This document shows positions 13,061 to 26,839 of a stretch of 64,000 bases of DNA, one piece after another. The DNA comes from Octopus sinensis (Eukaryota): the NCBI RefSeq assembly GCF_006345805.1, contig NC_043023.1, forward strand, positions 434,001-498,000, read 5' to 3'. Position 1 is the stretch's first letter; the number at the start of each line of letters is the position of its first letter. The translations under genes were made by a program, and so were the position numbers. The notes beneath the pieces were generated by a model. The model was not told the origin of the DNA, searched no databases, and was given only the letters and a program-made list of their open reading frames with translations.

Positions 13061-14640
13061 AATCGGAAAATGATAATTATATTTAGAATAGGCAATTGAC
13101 CCCTAGAAATTCACTGGTACCTTATTTTATCAACCTCAGAATTATAAAAAGTGAAGTCGACTCGGGCGGGAATTGAACCAAGAACGAAAAGAGACGAAAA
13201 GAATGCGAAGGGATTTCTGCCCTAATGCGCTAAAGGCTCCCCCACTTCATCGCCTTGATCAATAATTAAGGTGGAAGTCTAGGTGACTCGGGATGGTGGA
13301 GACGGCGCGCTCTTAGATTTCAGCTCACGAAGACGGAGGTGGCCGGGGGGGGGATGAGGACCCAGAGCGTTTACCCCCACCCCCTACCACGGACATTAGA
13401 GTACCTCTACCTACTTCCTATTATTTGTCTTCATCTGCGGCCCTCTTTTTCTTGCATAGGTAGGTCGGTAGGAAGTAGGTCTAGAAATTTCAGAAATAGA
13501 GTCGGGAGCAAATTTGCCTCTTCAGATTGGAGTTCGATTCTCGCCGAGGTCAATTTTATTTTTATTCTATTTTTCCACCCCCACCCCCTTACGGGGAGAA
13601 ATTGATTGATTAGAAGAAAAAAAAAAACATTCTTCAACCGTTTTCATACCCGGACCTTAAATTAATACTACTTTCTTGCATAGGTCGGTAGAAATTTCAG
13701 GGTAGAGTCGGGTAGAGTAGCGCTAGAAATTTCAGGGTAGAGTCGGGAGCAAATTTGCCTTTTCAGATTCGAGTTCTATTCTCGCCCAGGTCAATTTTTT
13801 TATTGTTTTTTTTTCTTTCCTTTTCTCCACATGGGGCTGAAAAGAAAAAAAGGGTATTCTTTCGGAATTGGTCTAGAAAGTGTTAGGATAAGGAGACGGT
13901 GTAATTCGCCCTCCTTTCAGCCGAGCCTCTTTATGTTATAAGAGAAGGTTGTGTAGGTGATCGACATCGTAGACCAATACCGAAGGATTACCAAATACAG
14001 TATTTCACTGCTATTTGACCGATCCCCGAAAAATGAAAGGCTAATAATAATAATGATAACAATAATTTCAAGTTTTGGCACAAGGCCAGCTAGTTCGGGG
14101 ATGGGGGATAAGTCGATTACATCGGCCCCAGGATTCAACTGGTACTTATTTTATTGAATCCGAAAGGATGGAAGGCAAAGTCAACCCCGGCGCAATTTGA
14201 ACTCAGATCGTAAAGCATCGGAAGACATGCCTCAAGAATTTTGTTCGTCGCGCCAACGATTCTGCCAGCTCATCGCGTTTAATGATAATAATGGCTTCAG
14301 TTTTTGGCACAAGGCCAGCAATTATAATAGAAGTGGATAGTCGAGTACATATACCGACCCCAGTACTTGATTGGTACTTTATTTTATCGATCCCGAAAGG
14401 AGGGAAAGCAAAGTCGACCTAGGTGGAATTTGAACTCAAAACGTATCCTTTCTGCGACGGGTGCAAGGCCTGAAATTTTGGGGAAGGGGCTACTCAATTA
14501 TATCAACCCCCGTGCTCAACGGGCACTTATTTTATCGGCCCCAAAAGGATGAAAACCTAAGTTGACATCGGCCGGTATTTGAACCCAGAACGTCAGAAGA
14601 AATACGCGCTAATAATTCTGCTAGCTCGCAACTAAGTAGA
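13060..14640. mobile_element. Degenerate SINE B-type cluster, including an ~85-bp direct repeat (13481-13565 / 13723-13805)
   Basis: Repeated 'ctggtactt...aaagtc.ac' blocks on minus; duplicated 'ctagaaatttcag...gagttc.attctcgcc' on plus. Confidence 0.65.
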
Positions 14641-15189
14641 AATCCCTATTTTTGTGGGGAATAGGGCGGGTTGGAAGTAGGGGTCATGTATTTTTTCATA
14701 TAAAAAATGGTATATATTTGTTGAAATTGTTGTTTTATAACCCTAATTCATCCCTAATCATAAAACTTACGATCATAAGTATTATATTCCAGTCGTGACC
14801 ATCCCTCGGCATAGTATTCATGAGGTAGCTATTCCAAAACTCCGTCCTGCTCCGACTCTAATTACATATTTAAATATATTCGTCTCACGTTTAAACGATT
14901 TTAGGAAAGTAAACGGGAAGCATTAGCTGCTATTTCTAGCATGCCAAAGCGACCGCACAATCGCTCTCTCGTTAGCGCCTACTTGTTGGGCGTTGGGGGG
15001 TTCCGTTTATCTCTAGATAAACACCGATAAAAACACCTACAATCTAGGGGCTTCCAACCGTGACCGTCTCCTCTTATATCTACTACATGTATCATTCACT
15101 TAGGTGGGAGGAAGTGATTTGAGGGAACGTTTACTGTTATTTCTAGCAAGTCCATCAACCATGTGGGAGTTTCCTGTTTTATTGTTGAA

Positions 15190-15660
15190 CAATTAGCTGT
15201 TGTTGTTGTTGTATTTTGAGCGGATTAAGTTCTTCAACCCTAGGTCAGCCATGATCCAGCAGAACTATGATAAAAAATGTTCCAGTCGTGACCATCCCGC
15301 CTTTTGTTCAGACATAGTGTATTTAGTATTCCTTTATCTAATGTACATTATAGTAATTAGCATTAGTGGTTATAGCTGTTGCTGTTTAGCCCTAGGTCAG
15401 TCCTGATCCAGACAGACCTATGATCAAAGGTGTTCAAATTGTGACCATCCCGCCTTTTTAAGCCAGAGTATCTAGGACTGAATTCGCTAATGAAAAGTGT
15501 AGTATAAGCGGTAATAGCTGTTGATCCAGCAAAGCCGACGAACAAAGATGTTAAGGCCAAGTATACCTTAGACTACATTCTCAAATGTGTCCTGTATTAT
15601 GCAAACCGCTAGTGTTTGATTTGAGAAATATTTGACTGCTATTTCTAGATGATCGCTTGC
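15190..15660. repeat. Array of ~140-bp unit E
   Basis: Repeated 'ttagccc.aggtcagtcctgatcc...gacctatgatcaaag.tgttcca..gtgaccatccc'. Confidence 0.85.
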
Positions 15661-15886
15661 TCCCATAGAGCTTGGCTTGCTTTTTCGTTTAACTTTTTTT
15701 TTCAGACAAGCACTTTTTGAATGTGTGTGTGTGTGTGTGTGTGAGAGAGAAGGGGTGTATATATCTTTGATAGTATGTGTGCGTGTGTGTATACATTTAT
15801 ATAAAAACTGTTTACAGAGGTACATGTGTATATATGTGTATGTATGTTTACATGTGTATATATGAGAGCGTGTTCACATGTACGTA

Positions 15887-15927
<41 letters not shown>

Positions 15928-15948
15928 CACAACCCCTATCTCAATTTG

Positions 15949-15983
<35 letters not shown>

Positions 15984-16620
15984 TCGTGTTGTGTTTACAT
16001 GTGTATATGAGACTGTAATTGTGTGTGTGTGTGTGTGTGCTGCGTGAGCGCGCGCTAGACAACGGTTAGAGCAAAAGGGGGAGGATGGGTGGGGAGAGAA
16101 AAAGAAAGGAAGAGAGAGAGAAAAAGAAAGATGCATGTGCGCGAATGACAGTTGCTTAGCTACACACGCATATGTATATATATATATATTGAGAAACAGT
16201 CGCGTACACACACAAGCATGCAATTGTGTGCGCGCGTGTAATACATTTGCGAAGAGAGGTCTATGGAGTTATACACTGTATACACGTGTGAGTATGTTTG
16301 TGTGTTCTTGCTATCTGTTACTTAATAAGCAGATCTCACATGCACACATGTGTGCACGCATGCATTTTATGCTCGCGCAAGCAGTGAGATCTCTCAGAGA
16401 GATTGTTTCGAAGACAGTATATATGTAAGTTTGTGCACACACACTTGTGTGTATGTGTGTGTATATATATATATATATTTACCTTACCTGTGTACACTGG
16501 TCTGTGAGTGTATTTATGCATAGATATATATGCATGCATCTATATATACACACACACACCACCTGAAAGCCTCTTACGTACGTTTATATATATATCCACT
16601 GTAGACGAAGATGTGAAACG

Positions 16621-16657
<37 letters not shown>

Positions 16658-17454
16658 ATGTGTGTGTGTGTATACATTATACACGCTGTCGGCAGCGAAA
16701 AGGTAAAACACTCACCGTACCGCAAAACGAAATCACAAGAGTATACATGTATATATGTGTGTGTGTGTGTGTATATAAAAAAAACGCATATAAATTGTGT
16801 TTAAATGCAATTAAACATATATGTTTATAAAAAGATACACAATAGGCGTATAGTATGTGTGTAGTATTATTCATATATATATATATATATATACACATAT
16901 ATACATACACGTGAAATGTGTTGCATATATGTGTATATATATGTGTGTATGTGTGTCATGTATACAGATATGTGTGTGTATTGTTTGTGTATGTGCACCT
17001 GTATGTAATTGTATATGTGTATATACATGCATATATATAAATGTGTGTGTGTATGTGTTGTGTGTGAGTATACAGATATATGTGTGTGTATGTATTGTTT
17101 GTGTGTGTGTACCTGTATGTGATTGTATGTGTGTATATACATGCATATATATAAATGTGTGTGTGTGTGTAGGGGGGATGTGTGTATATTCATATATCAA
17201 CAGAAAACTGGAAAACGTGTATATATATATATATGATCCTTACAATTATAAAGTTTGTAGGTTTTTTCCACTCTTTGCTTCCGTATCTCCTCCGTATTTG
17301 TTTTTTTTTAAATACTTCACTGTGTGTAGAAACATATATATTTGTACATAAATATATATACACGTGTGTATATATATATATATGTTTAGTTGTAAATAGC
17401 TCCGTCACATGTTGGTAAAAATCCTCGAGAAGCGAATTGTGTGTAGCGACTGAC

Positions 17455-19020
17455 AGTCAGTCAGGCAGACAGACAGGGAGGCTGACAGGGTGGGAGGGAG
17501 AGAAGGAGATAGTGAACGGGAGTGAACGTGTGAGTGAGGGAGGAAGAGAGCGAGATAGAGAGAGAGATAGAAAGGAGTGAGCGTGTATATGATGAGGAGA
17601 GGGAAAGAAGAGAAAGTTTGAGCGAGGGAGCTTGTGTGCGGGAAAGGGAGGGAGGGAGAGAAATAGAAAGGGGGTGATGGTGTGTGTGAGGGAGGGAGGG
17701 AGAGAGATAGAAAGGGAGTGATGGTGTATGCGAGGGGGGGAGGGAGAGAGATAGAAAGGGAGTGATGGTGTATGCGAAGGGGGGAGGGAGAGAGATAGAA
17801 AGGGAGTGATGGTGTGTGTAAGGGAGGGAGGGAGAGAGATTGAAAGGGAGTGATGGTGTGTGTGAGGAAGGGAGGGAGAGAGATAGAAAGGGAGTGATGG
17901 TGTGTGTGAGGGAGAGAGATAGAAAGGGAGTGATGGTGTGTGTGAGGGAGGGAGGGAGAGAGATAGAAAGGGAGTGAGCGTGTAAGTGAGTGGTGAAAGT
18001 TTGAGGGAGGGAGAGAGATACAAAGGGAGCGAAAATGTGTGTGACGGAGGGAGGAAGGGAGAAAGAAATAGAAAGGGAGTGAGAGTGTGTATGATGAAGT
18101 GAGATTGAAAGGGAGTGAGAGTATGTGTGAGGGAGGGAGTAAGGGATGAGGAGAAAGTTTGAGCTCGTCAGAGAGATAGGGTGAAGGGTAGGTGGGTGAG
18201 AAGGTTATTGAAGGAAGAAGGCAGGAAGCAACGAGTGAAAGATAGAGTAAGAACGAGTAAGGGAGGGAGATAGAGTAAGAAAAATAGTGAGTGTGTGAGG
18301 GAGTGAGGAGAATAGGGCATCAGAGAGAGAGAGGGAGAGCGAGAGAGGCAGAGAGTGATCGGGGAGAAAGAGTAAGAGAGTGAGTGCGCGGTGTGTGTGG
18401 AGGAATAGGTGGAGGGAGTGTGAGTAGTAAGTGAATGACATAGAGAGAGTCTAAGGGAAAAGCACAAAGAGACAGAGAGGGAGTGGATGAGAGGAGTGTA
18501 GATGGAAAGAGAGAGGGAGCAACGGGTGAAAGTTAGATATAGTAAGAACAACTGAGTGAGAGTGAATGGTTGTATGGGGGGGGGGGTTGAAGGGGGTAAT
18601 CGGAGGGAGCGATGAAAGAGAGTAAAAGAGAAATAGAGAGAGTGTACGGAAGAGAAAGAAAGAGAGAGCTATATTGAGAGAGGAACAAAGGGAAGAGAAA
18701 GAAAGGGAGAGCTATATGCAGAGAGGAACAATGATGGAAAAAGAGAGTGAGAGAGTGACAGACGATAAAAAATGGGAGGAGGGAGGGAGCAATGAAGAGA
18801 AAGTTAGATAGAAAGAGAAATAGAGAGAGAGTGAATGAGTGAGAGAAATGTGAGCGAGCGATATATGAATGGATAGAAAGAGAGAGAGAGAGAGTAAGGG
18901 AGAAGTTAGAGTGAAAGTAAGAAAGAGGGTGTATGTGTGTGCGAGAAATGATATAGACAGACAGATAGACAGACGGATAAATAGATAGATAGATAGATAG
19001 ATAGATAGAGAGAGAGATGG
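17455..19020. repeat. GA-rich minisatellite / polypurine tract
   Basis: ~40-45-bp units 'gagagagatagaaagggagtgatggtgtgtgtgagggaggga'. Confidence 0.9.
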
Positions 19021-19448
19021 ATAGATACAGAGGAATTAGACTGTGTGTGTGAAAGGCAGAGAGTTAAAGGGAGGGAGGGAGGGAGTGATATACGTGTTGC
19101 ATGTATTGGTGAGCGGGGAAGGGTAGGATGCGGAATAGAAAGAGAGAGAGAAAGGGGGGTAGTGTGTGTATGTATGTGTGTGCTTTTGTGTGTGTGTGTG
19201 CGCGACAGCGATACCGTGAATGTATATGATAGTGTGTGTGTTGTGTGTGTGTGTGTGTTCGTTTCTGTGTGTGTGTCTGTGTGTGTGTGTGTTTATATGT
19301 TGTGTGAAGGCTGTATGTGTTTGTGCGCATACAACGAACGTAATGTATGTGTGTGAATTTATGTGTGTGTGTGTTCGTCTACTTCTGTGTGTTTCTGTGT
19401 GTGTGAGAGGATATGTGTGTGAGTTGCTTCTATACGAGGGACGAGTGT

Positions 19449-19485
<37 letters not shown>

Positions 19486-20209
19486 TCTTTTATTCTATAT
19501 GTGTATATACGAGTGTAGGGCGGGGAGACAAGGCTGTGTGTGTGTGTGTGTGTGTAGGTGAAGACTATGTGTTTGTGTCTTCGTTGCCTCTGTGTGTTTG
19601 TATGTGTGTGAGAAAGCAAAGCAGTGTGCGTGAGTGTGTGTGTATGTAATTTGCTTCTCTACGTTCATGTGTGTGTGTGTGTTGGTCTGATAGCTTCTGT
19701 CTAAATGTGTGAGACAGGGGGGGGGGAGGAAGAGAGACTGTGTTCGTTTCTCTGTGATGTGTGTGTGTATTTGAGTGTGTGTGTGTGTGTGTGTGTGATT
19801 GAACGAGAGACGGATCGAACGGGTGCGGTGTACTTGTTGAATGTGCAAAAGAAAGCGTGGAAGGAAGGAAGGAAGGAAGAAAGAAAGAAGGAGAAAAGAA
19901 GGAAAGACTGACGGTGTGTGTTTTGGGAAAAGAGAGAAGTAAGCATGTTGAATGTGAGGAAGACGGATAAAGAGAAGGAGAGAGAGAGAGAGAGAGAGAG
20001 AGTGTGTGTGTGTGTGTGAGTTAGTGAGTGACAGCGTTGAAGAAATCGAACGATCAATATTTAGAAATTATAAAGCTAACTACCTCAAAAGACAGAATAG
20101 CGAAGATATACATACATACATACATACATACACAATGTATATGTGTATATTTGTAAATCTGTAAGTGTGTATGTATGTATCTATCTATCTGTGTGTGTGT
20201 ATTTGCCTA

Positions 20210-20281
<72 letters not shown>

Positions 20282-20349
20282 CCTATCTATCTATCTATCT
20301 ATCTATCTATATATCTATCTATCTATCTCTATCTATTTATCTATCTATC

Positions 20350-20392
<43 letters not shown>

Positions 20393-20731
20393 ATATCTAT
20401 CTATATATCTATCTATCTATCTATCTATATATCTATCTATATATCTATCTATATATCTATCTATATATCTATCTATCTAGATAAATAGATAGGTAGGCAG
20501 ACAGATACATTAACATATATATATATATATATACGTCTGTTTGCATATATGTGTATGTATATGCCTACGTATGTATACACTCCCCCCACATATGTATACA
20601 TATATAAGTGTGTGTGTATACACACACATACATTTTATATATATATTATATATATATATATAATATATATATATAACATGCATACACACGCATAGAGAAG
20701 GGGAGACAGACAGACAAGCAGATAGACAGAC

Positions 20732-20767
<36 letters not shown>

Positions 20768-20994
20768 GATAGATAGATAAACAGAGCGACAGACAGGCGG
20801 ATAGTTTTCATTTGTCAAGTACCATTCGCCAAGTTTTAATCAACCCTAATGAGTGATAAAAAGAAAAGCCCCTCTCTGTAGAGCGAGATCGAACTGGGAA
20901 TCTGTTGTACTGCTGCGAACGTCTTTAAGACCACAGCCATACCTGAAACTGTCTTTACTGTGAAATAGAAACACGTTGAGCTTTGCTCTTCTGA

Positions 20995-21700
20995 TGGGGG
21001 CAGCTGGTTGTTGTTACTGTTGTTGTTTAACCAAAGGTCAGTCCTGATCCAGACAGACCTCTGATCAAAGATGTTCCAGCTGTGACCATCCCATCTTTTA
21101 TTCAGGCATAGTGTATCTAGGACTACATTATGTAATGTATAGAATTGTAGTCTGTTTTAGTGGTTATGGTTGTTGTTGTTGTAGCTTAGCCCCAGGCTAA
21201 TCCAGTTCACCCATGATCAAAGATGTTCCAGCTGTGACCATCCCATCTTTTATTCTGGCATAGTGTATCTAGGACTACATTGTAGATAGTATTAGTGGTT
21301 ATAATTGTTGTTATTTAATCTCAGGTCAATCCAGAAGATTTATGATAAGGTGTTCCACCTGTGACCATCCAGTCTTTTATTTAGACCTAGTGTATCAAGG
21401 ACTACATTATCTAATGTAATAGGAGTTAGTATTAGTGGCTACAGTTGTTGATGTTATTGTTTAACCCCAAGTCGGTTCTGATCTAGCAGACCTATGATCA
21501 GAGATGTTCCACCTGTGACCATCCCATCTTATTGAATAGTATAGTAGTTCGGATTAGTAGTTCGGTTATAGCTTGTTGCTGTTGTTTAGCCCCAGGTCAG
21601 TTTTGATCCAGCAGACCTCTGTTCAAAGATGTTCCAACTGCGACTATTCCATAATTTATTCTGGCATAGTGTATCTAGGACTACACTGTCGAAAGTGTTT
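20995..21700. repeat. Array of unit E (~5 units)
   Basis: Five 'gtgaccatcc'-type motifs spaced ~120-155 bp apart. Confidence 0.9.
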
Positions 21701-22139
21701 TTCTAGTTTTTAAAGAAATCAGTATCATTCAAATTTCGAGAATATGGCTGCTCGTTCCAGCAAGCCATATTCCACCATTGTTTGTGCACCGGTAGGCAAT
21801 TCTTTCGACTAAGAATTCTTCAAGGTGGTGCCCCAGTATGGCCGCAGTCTAATGACTGAATCAAGTAAAAGATAAAAGATCAAAGATTTTACTCTTTCGC
21901 TCTCTCACCCTCCTAGTCTTTATTAGGGGTCGAAGGGATGGGGTGTAGTAGTTGCAACAGGTGTCTCCCATCCACAATCACACACGCATGTTTGATAAAT
22001 TCTTTAGCTCTCTTCTAATTTTGGAACAAGACCAGCAATTTTTGGGTCAGGGGTCACTTTTCCCCCCAGGGATCCCTTTGGTTCCTGTTTTACTCGGGTG
22101 GATCCTCATAGACATTCAATGTTTAAAAAATCTTTTAGA

Positions 22140-22735
22140 CGTAGGCGTGGCTGTGTGGTAAGAAGCTTGCTTTCCCAACCACATGGTTCCGGGATCAGTC
22201 CCACTACGTAGCACCTTGGGTAAGTGTCTTCTACTATAGCCTCGGGCCGACCAAGGCCTTGCAAGTGGATTTGGTAGACGGAAACTGAAAGAAGCCTGTT
22301 GTATTTATGCATATATGTATATATTGTGTGTTTGTATCTGTGTCCCCACCAGCATCGCTTGACAACCGATGTTGGTGTGTTTATGTCCCCGTAACTTAGC
22401 AGTTCAGCAAAAGAGACAAGTACTAGGCTTACAGAGAATAAATCCTGGGGTCGATTTGTTCGACTTAAACCCCTTAAGGTGGCACTTAAGGGGTTTAAGT
22501 CTAATTAATGACTGAAACCAATAAAAGATAGAAAACGTGTGTGTGTGTTTGTCCCCTACTACCACTTGGTAACCGGTGTTTGGCGTGTTTCGTCCTAATA
22601 ACGTAGCAAAAGGTAGCGATAGAATAAGCGCCAGGCTGAAAAAAAGTCCTGAGGTCGATTAGGTTGATAAAATTCCTCAAGGCGGTGCCCCAGCCTGGCC
22701 GCAGTGTAATGACAGAAACAAGTAAAAGATTTCAA
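22140..22735 (+). mobile_element. SINE A followed by an extra A 3' module
   Basis: 'gtaggcgtggctgtgtggtaagaagcttgc...' then a second 'tgtttgtccc...gaaacaagtaaaag'. Confidence 0.88.
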
Positions 22736-22909
22736 AAAAGAAATATTCTTATAATTTGATTTTATTTGGAATTGTATTAAAAAATTGTCAAAACATTTTG
22801 TGTTACAGAAGTATAACTAGATTTAGATTGTAGATAAATTTTAACAACAAAATCTTATCTGGAACCTCAAGGGCCGTAAGGACCCGGTTGAGAACCGTTG
22901 GATTATATC

Positions 22910-23860
22910 AAACTTAGTACTTAAATAGCACTTTATTTTATCGTCTCCGGAGGGTAGAAAAGTGAAGTCCAACTTCGCGGTATTTGAACTCAGTATAAAA
23001 AAATGAAAGAAATACTGCTAAGCGTTTTGTCTGATGTTCTAACGATTCCGCCAACTCGCCGAAGACCAAAAGCAGATTGCATCGATATGACTAAATTTGG
23101 GGACAAAGTCAAAGACTTTGGAAAGATGATATAATTAATTAGGTTATCCCCAGTAGGTAACTGGTACTTTCTCCACCAGAGAAAAATATAAAGTGAAATT
23201 GGCATCAGCGGGATTTGAACTCGGAATATAAAAACATTGTTGTCCGACGGTCTAACCGACACTCTACCATTTGATAACCTTTAAAACAGCAACAGCAACA
23301 CTAACAACGATAATGATTTCTGGTTTAGGAACAGAATTAATAATTTTGAGGGGAGGGGGCTTGGTCAGCACCATCGACATCGATACTTGACGTGTACTTT
23401 ATATTATTGTCCCAGGAGGGATGAAAAGAGAAGCTGACTTTAGCGGGATTTGAACACAGAACGTGAAGAATCGAAGAAATACCGCAAGGCATGTTATATA
23501 GCGCTCTATCGATTTTGCTAATCCACTTCCCTCACTGTTTCAACTGAGGACACAGAACCAGAAATCTGGAATGCGAGGGGGTTAGTCGAAACATCTCCCC
23601 CAGTTCTTGGTTTGTACGTTATTCTATTGACCCCGGAAATATAAAAAAAAAAAAAAATCTCTCAATGTAAAAAAACGGCAATAAATAGCGCAGGACATTT
23701 TGTTCGACGCCCTAACGATTCTGCCAAATCCACCATAATTACTAGCGGGACCCATGGAAGCACCTGCTTTAATAGATATTCTTATTTGTTATATCGGTTT
23801 CAAATTCTGGCAGAAGGCCAGTAATTTCGGGGAAGGGGTTAGGTTGATTACATCGACCTC
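22910..23860 (-). mobile_element. Cluster of degenerate SINE B-type copies
   Basis: Repeated 'gggatttgaact' and 'aacgattc.gcc' motifs. Confidence 0.7.
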
Positions 23861-24371
23861 AGTGCTTACACATGCAGTATAGTCAGAGTAAAGAGCCTAA
23901 ACGTTACATTTTCACTGGTTACATGGTATTAGTGTATAACTGGTTGAGTATTTAATCTGTAATCGGACAGAATCTGTGTGGCATACAGAGTGTATCATGC
24001 TGATTCAGCGCCAAAGTTGTGCTTTTAAATCACACCTAGACTCTATTCGACGGGATTCCACATAACTTGGATTGCAGACTGGTGCCTATTGAATAGGGCG
24101 CTTCACCCTATCAGTGATATTGAACCTTATCCCTCATGATTACGAAGCAAATTTCTTAAGCATTAAGACCGTGCCTACGTCCTTAACAATAACCACAAAG
24201 AACAACAAAGGGTCCGCAAAAACGAAGCAACAACAGAGGACGAAATGGTATAATCCTGTACTCCTGGATTACTCTAAAAAAAGTAAACCAAAAGCCTTTT
24301 AATCATAGATGTTTATGCCCTGATGATGACAAAGTATCGAAAAGTGAAGAAGAGATGTAGGGCAGATATTA

Positions 24372-24621
24372 TAATTTGGACTCGGAGGGAAAAAATTTGT
24401 GGTCATTGATGAAGGTGAGTGCTGTACCTGTTGTTGTTGGAGACTTGGGTATCGTATGTATCAAGCTTACAAACTGGATTGAAAAGACAGGTGTAAATGT
24501 GAAAGACAGAGCATCTACAGAAAATGATGTTGCTTGAAACTGCACGAATTCTCCGCTGAGATCTTGAAATCTGAATGAAAAGGTTACCTTAGTGAAATGG
24601 CTGTGGGCAACTGACACTTTG
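24372..24621 (+). mobile_element. 3' end of an R4/Dong-clade (RLE-type) non-LTR retrotransposon
   Basis: Frameshifted translation 'KLWSLMKVSAVPVVVGDLGIVCIKLTNWIEKTGVNV..EHLQKMMLLETARILR' fits the R4/Dong C-terminal pattern VPVVxGxLG...LQKxxLLxTARILR. Confidence 0.75.
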
Positions 24622-24721
24622 NNNNNNNNNNNNNNNNNNNNNNNNNNNNNNNNNNNNNNNNNNNNNNNNNNNNNNNNNNNNNNNNNNNNNNNNNNNNNNN
24701 NNNNNNNNNNNNNNNNNNNNN
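24622..24721. other. Assembly gap (100 N)
   Basis: Run of exactly 100 N, a typical placeholder; true length unknown. Confidence 1.
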
Positions 24722-25102
24722 CCGCCTCCTCCTCCTCTTTCCTCTCATCGTCATCATTGTCAACACCACACCACCACCATCAACAACACCACCTCCACCA
24801 TCATCATGCAATACAAGAAACAGCTGCTTATCACATTATGTATACGACAAACAAATGTAATACATACATACATATAGATACATATATACAAATGTATATG
24901 TGCATACATATACGTACATATAAATATAAACATATATATAATATATATACATATACGTATGTATGCATGTGCATAGCCATACATAAATTCACGTATGCAC
25001 ACACTTATCCAGTTGTAAATTTTCATATATAGTCATATAAAAACACGTTTATACATATGTAAAAACATACACATGTATGTATATTCATAAACACACACAC
25101 AC

Positions 25103-25133
<31 letters not shown>

Positions 25134-25163
25134 TGTATGTATGTATGTATGTATGTATGTATG

Positions 25164-25196
<33 letters not shown>

Positions 25197-25467
25197 ATAT
25201 ATATATGTATATATATGTGTGTATGTATATATATCCGTATAACTAATGGCTGGAATCTCCTTCTGTTACATTCCCGCTAACAGTTTCACCGTTTCCGGAT
25301 TTTCAGGTGATCAATCAAGTTTCATTACTTGATGTTAATCAAAATGAAGATAAGCCTATATTCTTTATTATTTCACCTCACCACCACGCGCTAGCAATTA
25401 TCTGTTAGTGAATGGCAAAACTATATACAAACACACACACACACACAACACAACACATATATATATA

Positions 25468-25615
25468 AGCGCAGGCATGGCTCTGTGGTAAGTAGGTTGC
25501 CTGCCAACCACATTGTTCCAGCTTCAGTTCTTTTGCGTTACACCTTGGCGAATGTCTTCTGCTATAACCTTTGTGAGTGGATTTGGTAGACGGAAACTGA
25601 AAAGAACCCCCTCGT
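25468..25615 (+). mobile_element. SINE A 5' module
   Basis: 'gcgcaggcatggctctgtggtaag...gacggaaactgaaaagaacc'. Confidence 0.8.
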
Positions 25616-25830
25616 GCACACACACACAACACACACACACACACATATATATATTTAATACATGTGTATATTTGAAGGGCAAAATCACAATGTGGTCGGC
25701 CGTATGCTAGAAGTAGATCACCTACGACCAAACTACAAAGAAAGGAATGTTCTCTAGAGGAAAATTCAGCGGACACCAGAACAATAGGCGGGCAAGACAG
25801 ATGAAAATTAAATAAAAAACCAGAATTACT

Positions 25831-25903
25831 CACAGACCGGTGGTTTCGCCTATTAACGAATTAATCACTTATGTAATCCATTGTCCGTAGGCTCGTCAGT
25901 GCG
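25831..25903 (-). ncRNA. Type I hammerhead ribozyme, canonical core
   Basis: Minus strand: cgca CUGACGA GCCUA [35-nt loop] UAGGC GAAA CC acc GG UC ugug. Helix I 4 bp, II 5 bp, III 3 bp; GUC cleavage between 25835 and 25834. Confidence 0.85.
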
Positions 25904-26146
25904 ATCGTTCCACAGGTAATATAATTTGTAAAGTTAACTACCAGTATTCTGTATAAAAACAGACACGTGCTTAGCTTCACCGATTACATTGGTGTTAATT
26001 TCAAATGTCTTAGTTCTGGCGCGCTAAAATTCCGGAAACAAAATCCGCAGTAAATAATTTACTGCGGTTAATGCTGCCTATTAGAGAACATATATATTTT
26101 ATCATTTAAATAATGAGGGAAATAATATATATATATTTATATATAA

Positions 26147-26411
26147 TACAAAATGGGACAAGAACGCAAAACATCCAGACAGTTAGGTGATACAAAAAGG
26201 GACAATAAAACATAGACGATACAAAGAAAACAAGGACGGGTCATTCTCGCAATTTCGGCTGGTTATTCTTGAGCCGAAATTGCGAGGATAATCTGGTACT
26301 TGACTGAGGTAAGAAAACTTCGAGTGACCCGTCCTTGTCTGGATGTTTTGTTGTCCCCTTTTGTATCACCTAGTTGTCCGGATGTTTTGTGTTCTTGTCC
26401 CATTTTGTGTA
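26147..26411. repeat. Foldback element between TA tracts; same family as 62015-62250
   Basis: Arms 'tacaaaatgggacaagaacgcaaaacatcc' / 'ggatgttttgtgttcttgtcccattttgtgta'; inner hairpin 'tcgcaatttcggct...agccgaaattgcga'. Confidence 0.85.
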
Positions 26412-26839
26412 TATATATATATATTCTGTAAAGCTTGAAGCTTATAAGTGATCACCATATATTGATTATAGAAAATAACCTAATATTGGGACATCTAAGC
26501 CTTCGACGGAAAACAAATAAGTTCTAGTACGCCGGTGAATCAATCCCACACCTTTAATATTCGCGATAAGTGTGCTGACCGATTATACCGTTTGTTTCCG
26601 TCGCGGGTTTATATGCCCTGATATATAACGATTTTCATACACACACACACAACTAATATAAACAGTAGTTTCACCAAAAAAGGAGACTTATAATTGTCAC
26701 TAAATGCGACAAGGATGTTAGGAAATACCTCCATTGCTAGAAATAAGAGCTAAAATACTCTAATGCTGTAGTTAACACACAAGAATGAAAGCATATACTC
26801 TAACAGGGACAATAATCCCAAAAGCGCCGATCAAGAATT

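Noticed and set aside
20995-21700. CRISPR-like repeat-spacer appearance of unit E arrays
   Set aside because: The whole unit is repeated and degenerate, there are no unique spacers, and the context is eukaryotic.
22860-22902. hAT-like terminus 'gggacccggttgagaacc'
   Set aside because: No partner TIR or 8-bp TSD found.
24318-24345. CCCTGATGA...GAAA motif
   Set aside because: Helix II is poor and there is no helix III or cleavage triplet.
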